From positions 1-45,611 of IMG/VR virus record IMGVR_UViG_3300037991_002113: 45,611 nt of DNA. One strand, given 5' to 3'. Position numbers and translations under genes: made by a program. Shown in pieces: positions 37,175 through 45,611 of the stretch. How positions within the stretch are numbered: the first letter of the stretch is position 1; each line of letters opens with the position of its first letter. The notes under the pieces were generated by a model. It was not told the origin of the DNA, made no database searches, and was given only the letters and a program-made list of their open reading frames with translations. Origin of the DNA: a virus (lineage: Duplodnaviria > Caudoviricetes).

Positions 37175-37393
37175 ATGCCTAGGAAGAATGACCTACTGGT
37201 ATGGGTCAACGATTGGAGCGGTAACAAATCTCTGTGTAGGCTCAAGGCTGAGATTGACGAGGAAACTTACGATGCTCCTGATTTGACCAGAGGAAACCTA
37301 TCACTATGGCGGAGCCCTGAAATGTGGGCAGAGTCAAGCGGTGGAGCTAAGAAAGACTTCACCTTCGTCTTGCCTAAGGAGTATTCAACATGA
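37175..37393 (+). CDS. small PxEY-tail family protein (ends FVLPKEYST)
   Basis: 72 aa, TAAGGAGG SD, KNDLLVW N-terminus. Confidence 0.85.
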   Translation: MPRKNDLLVWVNDWSGNKSLCRLKAEIDEETYDAPDLTRGNLSLWRSPEMWAESSGGAKKDFTFVLPKEYST

Positions 37394-37548
37394 TTCTGTT
37401 CAGACACAATCTTGGGAGTGAAGTCTTAGCCATAGGTCAGGGAGAGGTGTGTTTCACAAACAAATCCATGGAATGGTCGAGAGGTAAGCTGAAGAACAGT
37501 GCGTATAAGCCTGTCTTCTTGGTGTTACCTAAGGAGTACATGGCATGA
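37390..37548 (+). CDS. small PxEY-tail family protein (ends LVLPKEYMA; 52 aa, not in ORF track)
   Basis: MILFRHNLGSEVLAIGQ...; ATGA overlaps at both ends. Confidence 0.85.
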   Translation: MILFRHNLGSEVLAIGQGEVCFTNKSMEWSRGKLKNSAYKPVFLVLPKEYMA

Positions 37549-37739
37549 AACCACCTACAAACAAGGACAGGTACGATGGGCTGTATGCCCACTATCCTGA
37601 CAGTCTTTCCGCACTGCTTGAGGGAGAGACCTCTGCACTTCTTGGTTACGGTGGTAGTCCTTGGACTTACAGTGAACAAAGGGGTACAGGAAACCTAGGC
37701 AAGCGCAGCCTATGGCTACCCATAGAGTACATGAAATAA
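37545..37739 (+). CDS. small PxEY-tail family protein (ends LWLPIEYMK)
   Basis: 64 aa, DGLY motif. Confidence 0.85.
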   Translation: MKPPTNKDRYDGLYAHYPDSLSALLEGETSALLGYGGSPWTYSEQRGTGNLGKRSLWLPIEYMK

Positions 37740-37769
37740 GAGGAGCAACTTGAGAAAGGAACCTAACCA

Positions 37770-38024
37770 ATGGGACTAATGATTACAGTAGCAATGCCAA
37801 TCGCTACCCTAATCCTAGGGTTTACCTTAGGATACTTCATGTCTGTTAAAGGTGTGAAGGATAGCGTAGAGGCTGGGATGCACATCGGTATGGAGCTAGG
37901 GGCTAATGCTGTAGCTTCACAGTATCTCACACCAGACCACCAACAACAATCAACCTCAAATGAAACTGAATCTAAGGCCATGTCCTATGGCTTTGACTTG
38001 ACAACACCGACAAAAGGAAAGTAA
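37770..38024 (+). CDS. small membrane protein
   Basis: N-terminal TM LMITVAMPIATLILGFTLGYF. Confidence 0.7.
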   Translation: MGLMITVAMPIATLILGFTLGYFMSVKGVKDSVEAGMHIGMELGANAVASQYLTPDHQQQSTSNETESKAMSYGFDLTTPTKGK

Positions 38025-38027
38025 ACT

Positions 38028-39644
38028 ATGACTAAAGAAATCCGTGACGACCTGCTCATCATCCTCGCTCCATTCTGTGGCTGGGACCCTGACCACAAGC
38101 TGAACAAGTACGATGAGGATGAACCTGAGTCTCTCAACCCACCTGTTGACATCCCTCAGGAGGAGATGAAGGAGGCTATCACTCAGTACTTCGAGGGTAC
38201 CTCACTAGGCAAAAAGATGACCAAGGCGTCTGAGTACAAGCACCTCAAGGAAGTCATCGACCACATGCCCAACATCAACGTCATGCTCTGGGCGGATGGT
38301 AAGATCAGCGATGGTGACTTGGTTAGCCTCGTTAAGCAGGGCTTGACACCCATTGATCGCTACCGCTACCCCTTCGAGACTGGCAAAGAGTTCATTGAAG
38401 CATGTGGTGAGACTACTCGTAAGCTCTACCAGATGCGGGAAGAAGGTGTAGGTATGGTTGACCTGACTGGTGTGGTACTCAAGGTACCATCTAAAGGTAA
38501 GCGTGCAGCCATCGACAAACTCTTGGAGTCTGTTGAACTGCCTGACATTGCCTCCATGATTACTCTGTCTAAGTCCAACATCAATGAACTTCAGGCAGCA
38601 CAGAAAGCTGAGGGTCAAGCCAAGGCTGAGGTTGAACGATTGGAGCAGGACCTTAAGCACACCCAAGATGTACTGCGTGACGCCCAGTTTAATGCTGGCG
38701 CCAAGATGGACCTGACCTATGAGGCTGATGGTGAAATCCCTGAGGGTAAGATGGTCTCACGTAAGGCATCTGACATCTGGCCTGACATCGATGGCTTGGA
38801 CTTCGAAGTACCATTCTTTGAGTGGGATGGTGACCACCCTCAAGTGCCAGCTATCGACACAGGGTACATCTTCCGTCCTGACATGCTCAAGTCTGTGCTC
38901 TATGCCTTCGTGTCTAACAAACGTGGGTACTTGCAAGGTCACACAGGCTCAGGTAAGACTACACTCTTGGAGCAGGTAGCTGCACACCTGAACTTCCCAT
39001 TCATCCGTATCAACTTCGACAGTGAGATCACTCGTATGGATTTGATTGGTCGTGATACCTTGGTTGATGGTAAGTCTGAGTTCATTGACGGTATGCTCCC
39101 TCGTGCCATGTCTCAGCCCTGCATCTGTGCCTTCGATGAGATTGACTTCGTCCGTCCCGATGTAGCCTATGTTATGCAAGCTGCACTGGAAGGCAATGGG
39201 CTGCGTATCACTGAGGATGGTGACCGCTTGGTTAAACCTCACCCAATGTTCCGTATGTTTGCCACTGGTAACACGGTAGGTCAAGGGGATGAGGATGGTA
39301 TGTATCAAGGTGCACGTCCACAGTCCATGGCATTCCTTGACCGCTTCACAGTGTGGGTCAACGTGCCTTACATGGATGAGATGGAACGTGGTCAGTTGCT
39401 CCGTGCCAAGTGTCCAAGCCTTACGGGTACTCAGATGGAGGCTATCCTTCAGTTCGTCACTGAGCACATGGCAGCATTCAAAGAGGGTGAGGTAGGCAAA
39501 CCTATGACACCGCGTGGTATGCTCTCCATCGGCGAGGCTACTGCCTTCCTCGGTGATGTACGTAAGGCAATCAAACAGACTGTAACTGATGGCTGTATCG
39601 GCAGTGACAAGGCTATCCTCGAAGGGTTGGCTGATCGTGTATAA
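38028..39644 (+). CDS. MoxR-class AAA+ ATPase, CobS-like, with long N-terminal extension
   Basis: Walker A GHTGSGKT, Walker B CAFDEID, FATGNTVGQGD...AFLDRF. Confidence 0.9.
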   Translation: MTKEIRDDLLIILAPFCGWDPDHKLNKYDEDEPESLNPPVDIPQEEMKEAITQYFEGTSLGKKMTKASEYKHLKEVIDHMPNINVMLWADGKISDGDLVSLVKQGLTPIDRYRYPFETGKEFIEACGETTRKLYQMREEGVGMVDLTGVVLKVPSKGKRAAIDKLLESVELPDIASMITLSKSNINELQAAQKAEGQAKAEVERLEQDLKHTQDVLRDAQFNAGAKMDLTYEADGEIPEGKMVSRKASDIWPDIDGLDFEVPFFEWDGDHPQVPAIDTGYIFRPDMLKSVLYAFVSNKRGYLQGHTGSGKTTLLEQVAAHLNFPFIRINFDSEITRMDLIGRDTLVDGKSEFIDGMLPRAMSQPCICAFDEIDFVRPDVAYVMQAALEGNGLRITEDGDRLVKPHPMFRMFATGNTVGQGDEDGMYQGARPQSMAFLDRFTVWVNVPYMDEMERGQLLRAKCPSLTGTQMEAILQFVTEHMAAFKEGEVGKPMTPRGMLSIGEATAFLGDVRKAIKQTVTDGCIGSDKAILEGLADRV

Positions 39645-39819
39645 AATACTAAAGGATCGCAAAGAAGAGCCTTGGGTCATGGACGTCCATACAAGCCTTG
39701 TAGACAGTATGGAAGGGGGTGGATGGTCCGAGATTTTGACAGGCCATATTACTAGCACTGTCAAATCCCAAGAGGGCTGGAGGCTTCACCTAGCCCTGCC
39801 TAAGGAGTATGCAACGTGA
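39637..39819 (+). CDS. small PxEY-tail family protein (ends LALPKEYAT)
   Basis: 60 aa from GTG 39637 overlapping the end of the AAA+ gene. Confidence 0.8.
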   Translation: MYKILKDRKEEPWVMDVHTSLVDSMEGGGWSEILTGHITSTVKSQEGWRLHLALPKEYAT

Positions 39820-40028
39820 CCATGGAGAGCAGAGCCTTATGGAGGGACAAGGATGGAGACCTTTGGGTACACAACAGGACTGGTCCTAGTTGCGCCTGCT
39901 TCTCCCCCAGAGGGTGGGACTGGGACACAAACTTTGGTGAGGATAGTGGTGGAGGGTGGAGTAGTCTTAGTCACACAGCTAGGCATTTCCAACTAGAGGT
40001 CCTCATCCCAAAGGAATACATGGAGTAA
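39816..40028 (+). CDS. small PxEY-tail family protein (ends VLIPKEYME)
   Basis: 70 aa, WRDKDGDLW motif, GTGA coupling. Confidence 0.85.
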   Translation: MTMESRALWRDKDGDLWVHNRTGPSCACFSPRGWDWDTNFGEDSGGGWSSLSHTARHFQLEVLIPKEYME

Positions 40029-40033
40029 ATGAA

Positions 40034-41911
40034 ATGAAAGTATCTGACTTTGTAAATGAAATGCGTGGCACCAGTGTAGTCTTCGGACGTGAGACTGGTG
40101 TGTACGTAACCTTCGAAGGTGATCAAGCCTATACTGACGGTAAGCGTATCAACCTACCGTCTATGGGTTTGGACAAGACCCTAACATCTAAGCAAGTGAA
40201 GACCATGCGTGGGTATGTAGACCATGAGGCTGGGCACATCCGGCACAGTGACATGCCTCTCATCATGGACTTCTATTCTCGGTGTGGTAACAACGGGAAG
40301 ATGGAACTCAAGGCCCTGCACAACTGCATCGAAGATGTGTGGATGGAACACAAGGTTGTCTCCTGTTACTCAGGCTCCCTTAAGAACTTGGCTCAGACCA
40401 ACGAGTCAGTAGCTGAGGCTGAGGTCGAGTCCTTCAAAGACCCTGAAGCTTTCCTCAAGAAGAAGGGGTGGTCTCAGGACAAGATCACGGAAGCCTTGGC
40501 AATGACACCTAAGCGTGACCTGACTGAGTTCACCGTAGGTAACCTGAGTGCAGCCATCAAGAAGAACAATCCTATGTACTCATCCCGTAAGTTCAATGAG
40601 TTCAAGGAGATGCTTGGCGAGAAGAACAACGAGTGGGCACAGCACTTTATCCCTATGATCTTGGAGTGTAAGAACTCTCAGGATACTATCGACTTGGCTA
40701 TGGATATCTGGAAGATGTTTGAAGACAACAGCCAAGAAGAGTTGGAAGACATGCAGCCTGAGGACTTTGAGCAAGGCAGTGGTGAGCCATTGGAGTCTGT
40801 CGGTGAGCCGGGAGATGAAGAGGTTCAGGAAGGGTACGGTAAAGGCAAGCCCTCTGACTCTAGCGATGGCGAAGGTGAGGGTCAAGGTGTACGTGAGGTC
40901 ATGCCTGAGGACTACCTCCCTAGTGCCGAGGAGATGGTAGGTGAAGCCTTGCGTGGCGAGAACACTGACGGACAGGGCAGTATCGGCAACTGTGGTGATG
41001 GCCCTCTCACTGGTGGGTACAAGGTTGCTACCACTGAGTACGACACAACGTACAAGAAAGGTGGTGACCGTAGCAAAGGTGAGTCCTACGTCTGGGACAT
41101 CATCGAGTCCAGTGACATGTCAAAGCACAATGAGGTTATGTCTCAGATTGCTGGGCCTATCAACGTCATGTCAGGTAAGCTACGCCGTGCACTCCTAGCT
41201 AAGAAGCGTGTTGACCGTGACAGTGGGCGTCAGATCGGCAGGCTGGATAGCAAACGTCTGGTAGCTGCATCCCAAGGGGCTGACAATGTCTTCTACCAAC
41301 GGGTTGATCGCAAGGAAGAGGACACAGCAGTGACTATCCTAGGTGACTTGAGTGGCTCCATGGGTGGGCGCAAGGCTGTAGTCACACGGGACTGTATCGT
41401 AGCCTTGTCTGAGTGTCTCGAAGGTGGGACCATGCCCTTCAAGATTGTAGGGTTCTGTAACAAAGGGTATCCTAAAGACAGTTACTCAGGAAGCTACCAC
41501 CGCTATGAACCTCTTGACACCGTCGTGTTTAAGGACTATACTAAACCTCTTAGGTCTTGCCGTGCAGCAGTGGCTCAGTTTGATGAGGCTGTAGGGGGTA
41601 ACAACTCTGACTATGACTTCATCACACAGGAGATTACTGAACTCAAGAAACGTCCTGAACAACGTAAGGTGCTGTTCGTGCTGAGTGATGGACACCCGGC
41701 ATGTCAATCAGATGCTAGCACCAGTGAACATGTACGTCTGTGCAAGGAAGCTATTGACCAAGCACGTAAGGAAGGGATCGAGTGTGTAGGTATTGGCATC
41801 TGCGATGAGGCAGTCAAGGAAATCTACAAGGACCACGTAGTAGTACATGACGTGAAGGACCTGTCAGCTACGGTGTTCAACAAGCTAACCAATATGCTGG
41901 TAGGAGACTGA
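40034..41911 (+). CDS. CobT-like protein: N-terminal HExxH domain, acidic linker, C-terminal VWA (MIDAS)
   Basis: DHEAGH, NCIED, DLSGSM, VLSDGHP. Confidence 0.9.
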   Translation: MKVSDFVNEMRGTSVVFGRETGVYVTFEGDQAYTDGKRINLPSMGLDKTLTSKQVKTMRGYVDHEAGHIRHSDMPLIMDFYSRCGNNGKMELKALHNCIEDVWMEHKVVSCYSGSLKNLAQTNESVAEAEVESFKDPEAFLKKKGWSQDKITEALAMTPKRDLTEFTVGNLSAAIKKNNPMYSSRKFNEFKEMLGEKNNEWAQHFIPMILECKNSQDTIDLAMDIWKMFEDNSQEELEDMQPEDFEQGSGEPLESVGEPGDEEVQEGYGKGKPSDSSDGEGEGQGVREVMPEDYLPSAEEMVGEALRGENTDGQGSIGNCGDGPLTGGYKVATTEYDTTYKKGGDRSKGESYVWDIIESSDMSKHNEVMSQIAGPINVMSGKLRRALLAKKRVDRDSGRQIGRLDSKRLVAASQGADNVFYQRVDRKEEDTAVTILGDLSGSMGGRKAVVTRDCIVALSECLEGGTMPFKIVGFCNKGYPKDSYSGSYHRYEPLDTVVFKDYTKPLRSCRAAVAQFDEAVGGNNSDYDFITQEITELKKRPEQRKVLFVLSDGHPACQSDASTSEHVRLCKEAIDQARKEGIECVGIGICDEAVKEIYKDHVVVHDVKDLSATVFNKLTNMLVGD

Positions 41912-41915
41912 AGGT

Positions 41916-42062
41916 ATGCTGTATCTTACGAGGTTTGGGGCTGTCGCAACAAAGGATGGGTGGCTATCCTGTGACAATGGCGACGGCTGGCACTATGATC
42001 TTGATGGCAAAGGTATCTTTGTGGTAGAGTCTGTCATCATACCTGAGGAGTACGCACTATGA
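41916..42062 (+). CDS. small PxEY-tail family protein (ends VIIPEEYAL; 48 aa, not in ORF track)
   Basis: MLYLTRFGAVATKDGW...; AGGAG upstream. Confidence 0.85.
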   Translation: MLYLTRFGAVATKDGWLSCDNGDGWHYDLDGKGIFVVESVIIPEEYAL

Positions 42063-42214
42063 TGTACCTTGATGGTGACGGTGACATATATTGGGAGGGT
42101 GGGAGACTCAACTACGCAAGGGTTCCTTCTTATTGGAAACCACCGGTATATTGGAACTCCTTTGAACATAGTAACTACACCAGTATCTTATTACCAGAGG
42201 AGTACATGAAGTGA
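42059..42214 (+). CDS. small PxEY-tail family protein (ends ILLPEEYMK; 51 aa, not in ORF track)
   Basis: MMYLDGDGDIYW...; ATGA/GTGA overlaps. Confidence 0.85.
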   Translation: MMYLDGDGDIYWEGGRLNYARVPSYWKPPVYWNSFEHSNYTSILLPEEYMK

Positions 42215-42417
42215 GATGTAAATGCTGTGACTCAATTAACACACGGTATATCCTAGGTGACTGGTACTGCCCTGAGTGTAGCTCAAGTATCCACCAGACA
42301 ATTAAAGAGGATAAGGACAAGCACTTAGAGGACTGGTTCTATCGTGACCTGAGGAATATTAAAGTGCTTGACGCTGAGGAGGGAGATAGTGAAGATGCCA
42401 GTGAAACGTCCAAGTAA
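42211..42417 (+). CDS. small Zn-ribbon protein
   Basis: CKCC...CPEC. Confidence 0.7.
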   Translation: MRCKCCDSINTRYILGDWYCPECSSSIHQTIKEDKDKHLEDWFYRDLRNIKVLDAEEGDSEDASETSK

Positions 42418-42613
42418 GAATGATCTTCTAGTCTGGTCCTTTGATGATGGTGGACTCTACTCAGGTCTCTACACAGAGGATCACTTGGAGACAGGGCACT
42501 ACTTTCAATCCCTCTGGTGTACCTTTACTCCAGCCCACATGGCCTACACTACAGAGTGGATGTCTAAGAAGAATGATGTCCTTACCATGGTACCCAAGGA
42601 GTACATGACATGA
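42395..42613 (+). CDS. small PxEY-tail family protein (ends TMVPKEYMT)
   Basis: 72 aa from ATG 42395 (GGAG SD), KNDLLVW motif. Confidence 0.85.
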   Translation: MPVKRPSKNDLLVWSFDDGGLYSGLYTEDHLETGHYFQSLWCTFTPAHMAYTTEWMSKKNDVLTMVPKEYMT

Positions 42614-42816
42614 ATATAGGTGCACTATATAAGACTGGGTATGGGTACGGACGTGCCGAAGGAGAGTCGGAGGATGACCCCTTTGAGGTTTTAGACAGAG
42701 GGCTAATCGATTCTGAAGGTTCATGGTGGCGTTCAGACCATTGGGATAGCGTAGCCCCGTCATACTCTAAGAAGAGCTACGAGAAATTTGTACTGCCTGA
42801 GGAGTATCTACTATGA
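42610..42816 (+). CDS. small PxEY-tail family protein (ends FVLPEEYLL)
   Basis: 68 aa, ATGA coupling on both sides. Confidence 0.85.
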   Translation: MNIGALYKTGYGYGRAEGESEDDPFEVLDRGLIDSEGSWWRSDHWDSVAPSYSKKSYEKFVLPEEYLL

Positions 42817-44333
42817 GTGGGGACCGTCCTGTCAAGGTACACCAACCCTGCCCTAACCCTGACTGTGGGTCCAGCGATGCCTACTCAGAGTGGGCCAATG
42901 GTGCAGGGTACTGCCACTCATGTGAGACTAAGTTCCCTCCCCCTAGAGATGAGACATACACTAAGAGAGAACCTATGGAGAAATTGAAGACTGAGCTACG
43001 GACCTACCGTGGCATCCAACCCAAGGTGGTTGAGAAGTATGGTGTGAAGACTGCACTGAGTGAGGCAGGAGAGGAGACACAACGTGTTTATGAATACCCT
43101 TCGGGTACTAAGTATCGTTATCTGGATAAGAAGTCCTTTAGCTGGGCGTCAGGTGGAAAACCTACAACTTTATTCGGAATGGATAAATTCAATGCTGGTT
43201 CCAGCAAGTCTATCACTATTGTAGAGGGGGAAGACGATGCTCTCGCTGCTTACTACATGCTCGGTGGACAGCACCCTGTTGTCTCCCTCCCCTCAGGTAC
43301 AATCTCAGAGGAACTTCTTAAAGGTTGCTTTGATTACTTGGATGCATTCAAAGAGATTGTAGTCGCCACTGACAACGATAAGGTAGGGGACAAGGCGGCT
43401 ACCCGCATCTCCTTGACCTTCCCTAACAAGACATACCGTGTGTCTCTGACTAAACACAAGGATGCATGTGACTACCTAGCTGCTGGTGATAAGGCTGACT
43501 TCAAGTTTGCTTGGATCAACCGTAAGAAGTACGTACCTGATAACATCCTCAACACACCGGATCAGTTCATCGATCTCTTCGATAACACACCTGAGCATCA
43601 GTACACACCAACAGGTATCGTAGACCTTGACAGTAAAATCCTAGGCATTATGAAGGGGATGCTGACCGTAGTTAAAGCACCTACTGGTATCGGCAAGACT
43701 GAGTTCATGCGGTACCTAGAGTATAAGTTCCTCAAAGATGGGGTACGCTTGGCTGCTTGGCACCTTGAAGAGACTAAGCTCCGGTCACTCTTAGGTCTGG
43801 TATCCTACGAAGGTGACGACAACCTGACACGTAAGGACCTGATCGAAGACAAAGGGAAGCAGGAGGAAGTCAAGGCTGCTATCACTACACTGACAGGGGA
43901 TGAGAACTTCTACCAGTTCTTCCTTCGCGATGGGGATGGCACTGAGGAACTCATTGATCAGATCAGGTACTTTGCCACTGTGTGTGAGGTGGACTACATC
44001 TTCTTCGAGCCTATCCAAGATGTCTTGGGCAACAGTGAGGAACTCCTAGCACAGTTGGCTATCCGTTTGTCTAAGCTGGCCGCTGAGTTGAATGTGGGTA
44101 TCGTGACCATCGCCCATACAAATGAAGACAATGAGATTAAGTACTGTCGTATGATTGGGCAACGTGCTGCTGTTATCATGTCATTGGACCGTGACCCTGA
44201 TGCACCAACTGAAGAAGAACGTAACGTAACTAAGATCAGAGTCGAGAAGAATAGACCTTGTTCTCACGTAGGTTGGGGAGGTATGATGAAGTTCGACCCT
44301 GAGACTTTTACCATGGAGGAATATTCAGGATGA
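42813..44333 (+). CDS. DNA primase-helicase (T7 gp4-like)
   Basis: Zn finger CPNPDC...CHSC, TOPRIM EGEDD and DND, Walker A APTGIGKT, KNR. Confidence 0.95.
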   Translation: MSGDRPVKVHQPCPNPDCGSSDAYSEWANGAGYCHSCETKFPPPRDETYTKREPMEKLKTELRTYRGIQPKVVEKYGVKTALSEAGEETQRVYEYPSGTKYRYLDKKSFSWASGGKPTTLFGMDKFNAGSSKSITIVEGEDDALAAYYMLGGQHPVVSLPSGTISEELLKGCFDYLDAFKEIVVATDNDKVGDKAATRISLTFPNKTYRVSLTKHKDACDYLAAGDKADFKFAWINRKKYVPDNILNTPDQFIDLFDNTPEHQYTPTGIVDLDSKILGIMKGMLTVVKAPTGIGKTEFMRYLEYKFLKDGVRLAAWHLEETKLRSLLGLVSYEGDDNLTRKDLIEDKGKQEEVKAAITTLTGDENFYQFFLRDGDGTEELIDQIRYFATVCEVDYIFFEPIQDVLGNSEELLAQLAIRLSKLAAELNVGIVTIAHTNEDNEIKYCRMIGQRAAVIMSLDRDPDAPTEEERNVTKIRVEKNRPCSHVGWGGMMKFDPETFTMEEYSG

Positions 44334-44536
44334 CTGAGTTCGAGTTCGAAGGATGGTATTGGTGTAACGATGGGGAGGCGATATACTTCAAAGGTTCTTC
44401 AGACAAGTACTACTACACCTATGGAGTAAGAGAGGAATCTGTAGGCTACGGAGGTGTAACTAAGGACGATATTAAAAAACACATAGGGGACGAATGTTGT
44501 GCGTTTGGATATCTACCTAAGGAGTATTTAACATGA
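44330..44536 (+). CDS. small PxEY-tail family protein (ends GYLPKEYLT)
   Basis: 68 aa, ATGA coupling. Confidence 0.85.
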   Translation: MTEFEFEGWYWCNDGEAIYFKGSSDKYYYTYGVREESVGYGGVTKDDIKKHIGDECCAFGYLPKEYLT

Positions 44537-44736
44537 CTAGCAAATACAAAGAGTATAGCCTAGGTGTCTGTAGCAACGAAGGAGTCAACATCTTCTCTAG
44601 GGCTGAAGACCACTATGTCTACCTGTCTAAAGATTCTCTAGGGGAGTGGCATTCTGGGCTTCATACTCATGGACTGGATATGTCTGAGTATTACGGAGAG
44701 GGTAAGATGGTTCTCCCAGCGGAGTATGCCTCATGA
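44533..44736 (+). CDS. small PxEY-tail family protein (ends MVLPAEYAS)
   Basis: 67 aa, ATGA coupling. Confidence 0.85.
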   Translation: MTSKYKEYSLGVCSNEGVNIFSRAEDHYVYLSKDSLGEWHSGLHTHGLDMSEYYGEGKMVLPAEYAS

Positions 44737-44924
44737 AAGGAGACATGAGGAATGGCCTGTACCTAGATGAACTGGGATACATTCTACACATCAAAAAACC
44801 TTTGCTTTACTTAGCGGGCTATAAAGACCAGTGGTGGGGTTACATCACTGCTGACCGTGGAGATGATATGATGGGAAGAGAGAGGGCTGAAACTCTTATA
44901 CTACCTGAGGAGTACATCCTATGA
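44733..44924 (+). CDS. small PxEY-tail family protein (ends LILPEEYIL)
   Basis: 63 aa, NGLYLDELGY motif. Confidence 0.85.
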   Translation: MKGDMRNGLYLDELGYILHIKKPLLYLAGYKDQWWGYITADRGDDMMGRERAETLILPEEYIL

Positions 44925-45611
44925 CACGGTACATCCTAGCTGACGTAGAGGCTAATGGCCTAGACCCTGACAAGATACACTGCATCTCAGCTAAGGAGTA
45001 TCCTAACGGTAAGGTTATCAGGTGGACACGAGATGAACTAGAATACTTCATTGCTTGGGTTGAGGCTAAGCCAGTCACTAAGTGGTTCTTCCACAATGGT
45101 CTGAACTATGACGTAGATGTAATCAACAAGCTGGTTAAACCTGACCTCATCAAGCATGAAGACGTAGTAGATACTCAGGTAGTCTCACGCTTGGTAGACT
45201 ATAAGAGGTACAACACCCACTCCCTGAAAGAGATAGGCATCTCCCTAGGTGTGCACAAAGGTGACTACACTGGTGGTTGGGAGGAATACACTGAGGAGAT
45301 GGGGGACTACTGTGACCAAGACGTTGAGGTTCTTCACGCTATCGTAGACGACCAATGGAAGTACATCACTGACCCTCAGTGGTCTGAGTCTATGCGCTTG
45401 GAGCACGAGATGGCTGTGATCTGCAAGGAGATGCAGACCAATGGCTTCCTCTTTAACAAACCTGAGGCTGAGCTTATGTTGTCTGAGGTCAAGGAAGAGA
45501 TGGAGAAACTAGAGGAGTCATTCCGCACAGCCTTCGGCACTAAGAGAGTTGAACTCAAGCGATGTAAGTACAGGCTCACCAAGGATGGTAGTCTCTATGG
45601 GAATGTACGCA
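44921..45611 (+). CDS. DNA polymerase N-terminal fragment (3'-5' exonuclease plus part of thumb); continues across the origin to 284 (291 aa total)
   Basis: MTRYILADVEANGL (ExoI), HNGLNYD (ExoII), YCDQD (ExoIII); open to the window end. Confidence 0.92.
   Translation, partial: MTRYILADVEANGLDPDKIHCISAKEYPNGKVIRWTRDELEYFIAWVEAKPVTKWFFHNGLNYDVDVINKLVKPDLIKHEDVVDTQVVSRLVDYKRYNTHSLKEIGISLGVHKGDYTGGWEEYTEEMGDYCDQDVEVLHAIVDDQWKYITDPQWSESMRLEHEMAVICKEMQTNGFLFNKPEAELMLSEVKEEMEKLEESFRTAFGTKRVELKRCKYRLTKDGSLYGNVR
45513..45611. repeat. 99-bp terminal overlap (copy 2)
   Basis: Identical to bases 1-99. Confidence 0.95.

Noticed and set aside
38028-41911. CobS/CobT as cobalamin-synthesis auxiliary genes serving the B12-dependent RNR
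   Set aside because: No CobN or other cob genes are present; the motifs only establish a MoxR AAA+/VWA pair
44310-44333. Primase-helicase ending MEEYSG (also endolysin WKEYDA and ORF 5111 DKEYDS) as family members
   Set aside because: They lack Pro at -6; E-Y-x-x alone can be explained by an embedded SD-like sequence before an overlapping start
36652-44924. Tag-coding ends as integron attC sites, CRISPR repeats or DGR repeats
   Set aside because: No integrase or reverse transcriptase, no palindromic attC structure, and variation is concentrated at synonymous positions
45513-45611. 99-bp terminal repeat as a biological direct terminal repeat
   Set aside because: It lies in the middle of the polymerase ORF and has a typical k-mer length; best explained as assembler overlap

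Overview
The window is an apparently complete ~45.5 kb lytic podovirus genome. Bases 45513-45611 repeat bases 1-99, so it is a circularised assembly of 45,512 bp opened inside the DNA polymerase gene. It has two arms: an early/replication arm on + (about 35277 through the origin to 9607) and a morphogenesis/lysis arm on - (34043 to 9678). The arms converge at a bidirectional terminator (9621-9650) and diverge from a ~1.2 kb non-coding region with sigma70-type promoters. A T7-like primase-helicase, Pol A, SSB and endonuclease I, a class II ribonucleotide reductase, and no phage RNA polymerase resemble Zobellviridae (SIO1/cobavirus-like). That placement, and an alphaproteobacterial host, are inferences. 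The main anomaly is a dispersed family of 19 small (48-72 aa), highly divergent ORFs, all on + within ~11.3 kb of the early arm. All end in hydrophobic-P-x-(E)-Y-x-x-STOP, conserved with synonymous codon variation. They surround a MoxR/CobS-like AAA+ ATPase and a CobT-like HExxH+VWA gene, and three sit between the two halves of a split DNA polymerase gene. My leading, untested hypothesis is a variable-adaptor system docking on a common partner. All calls come from reading motifs by eye; no database search was run.
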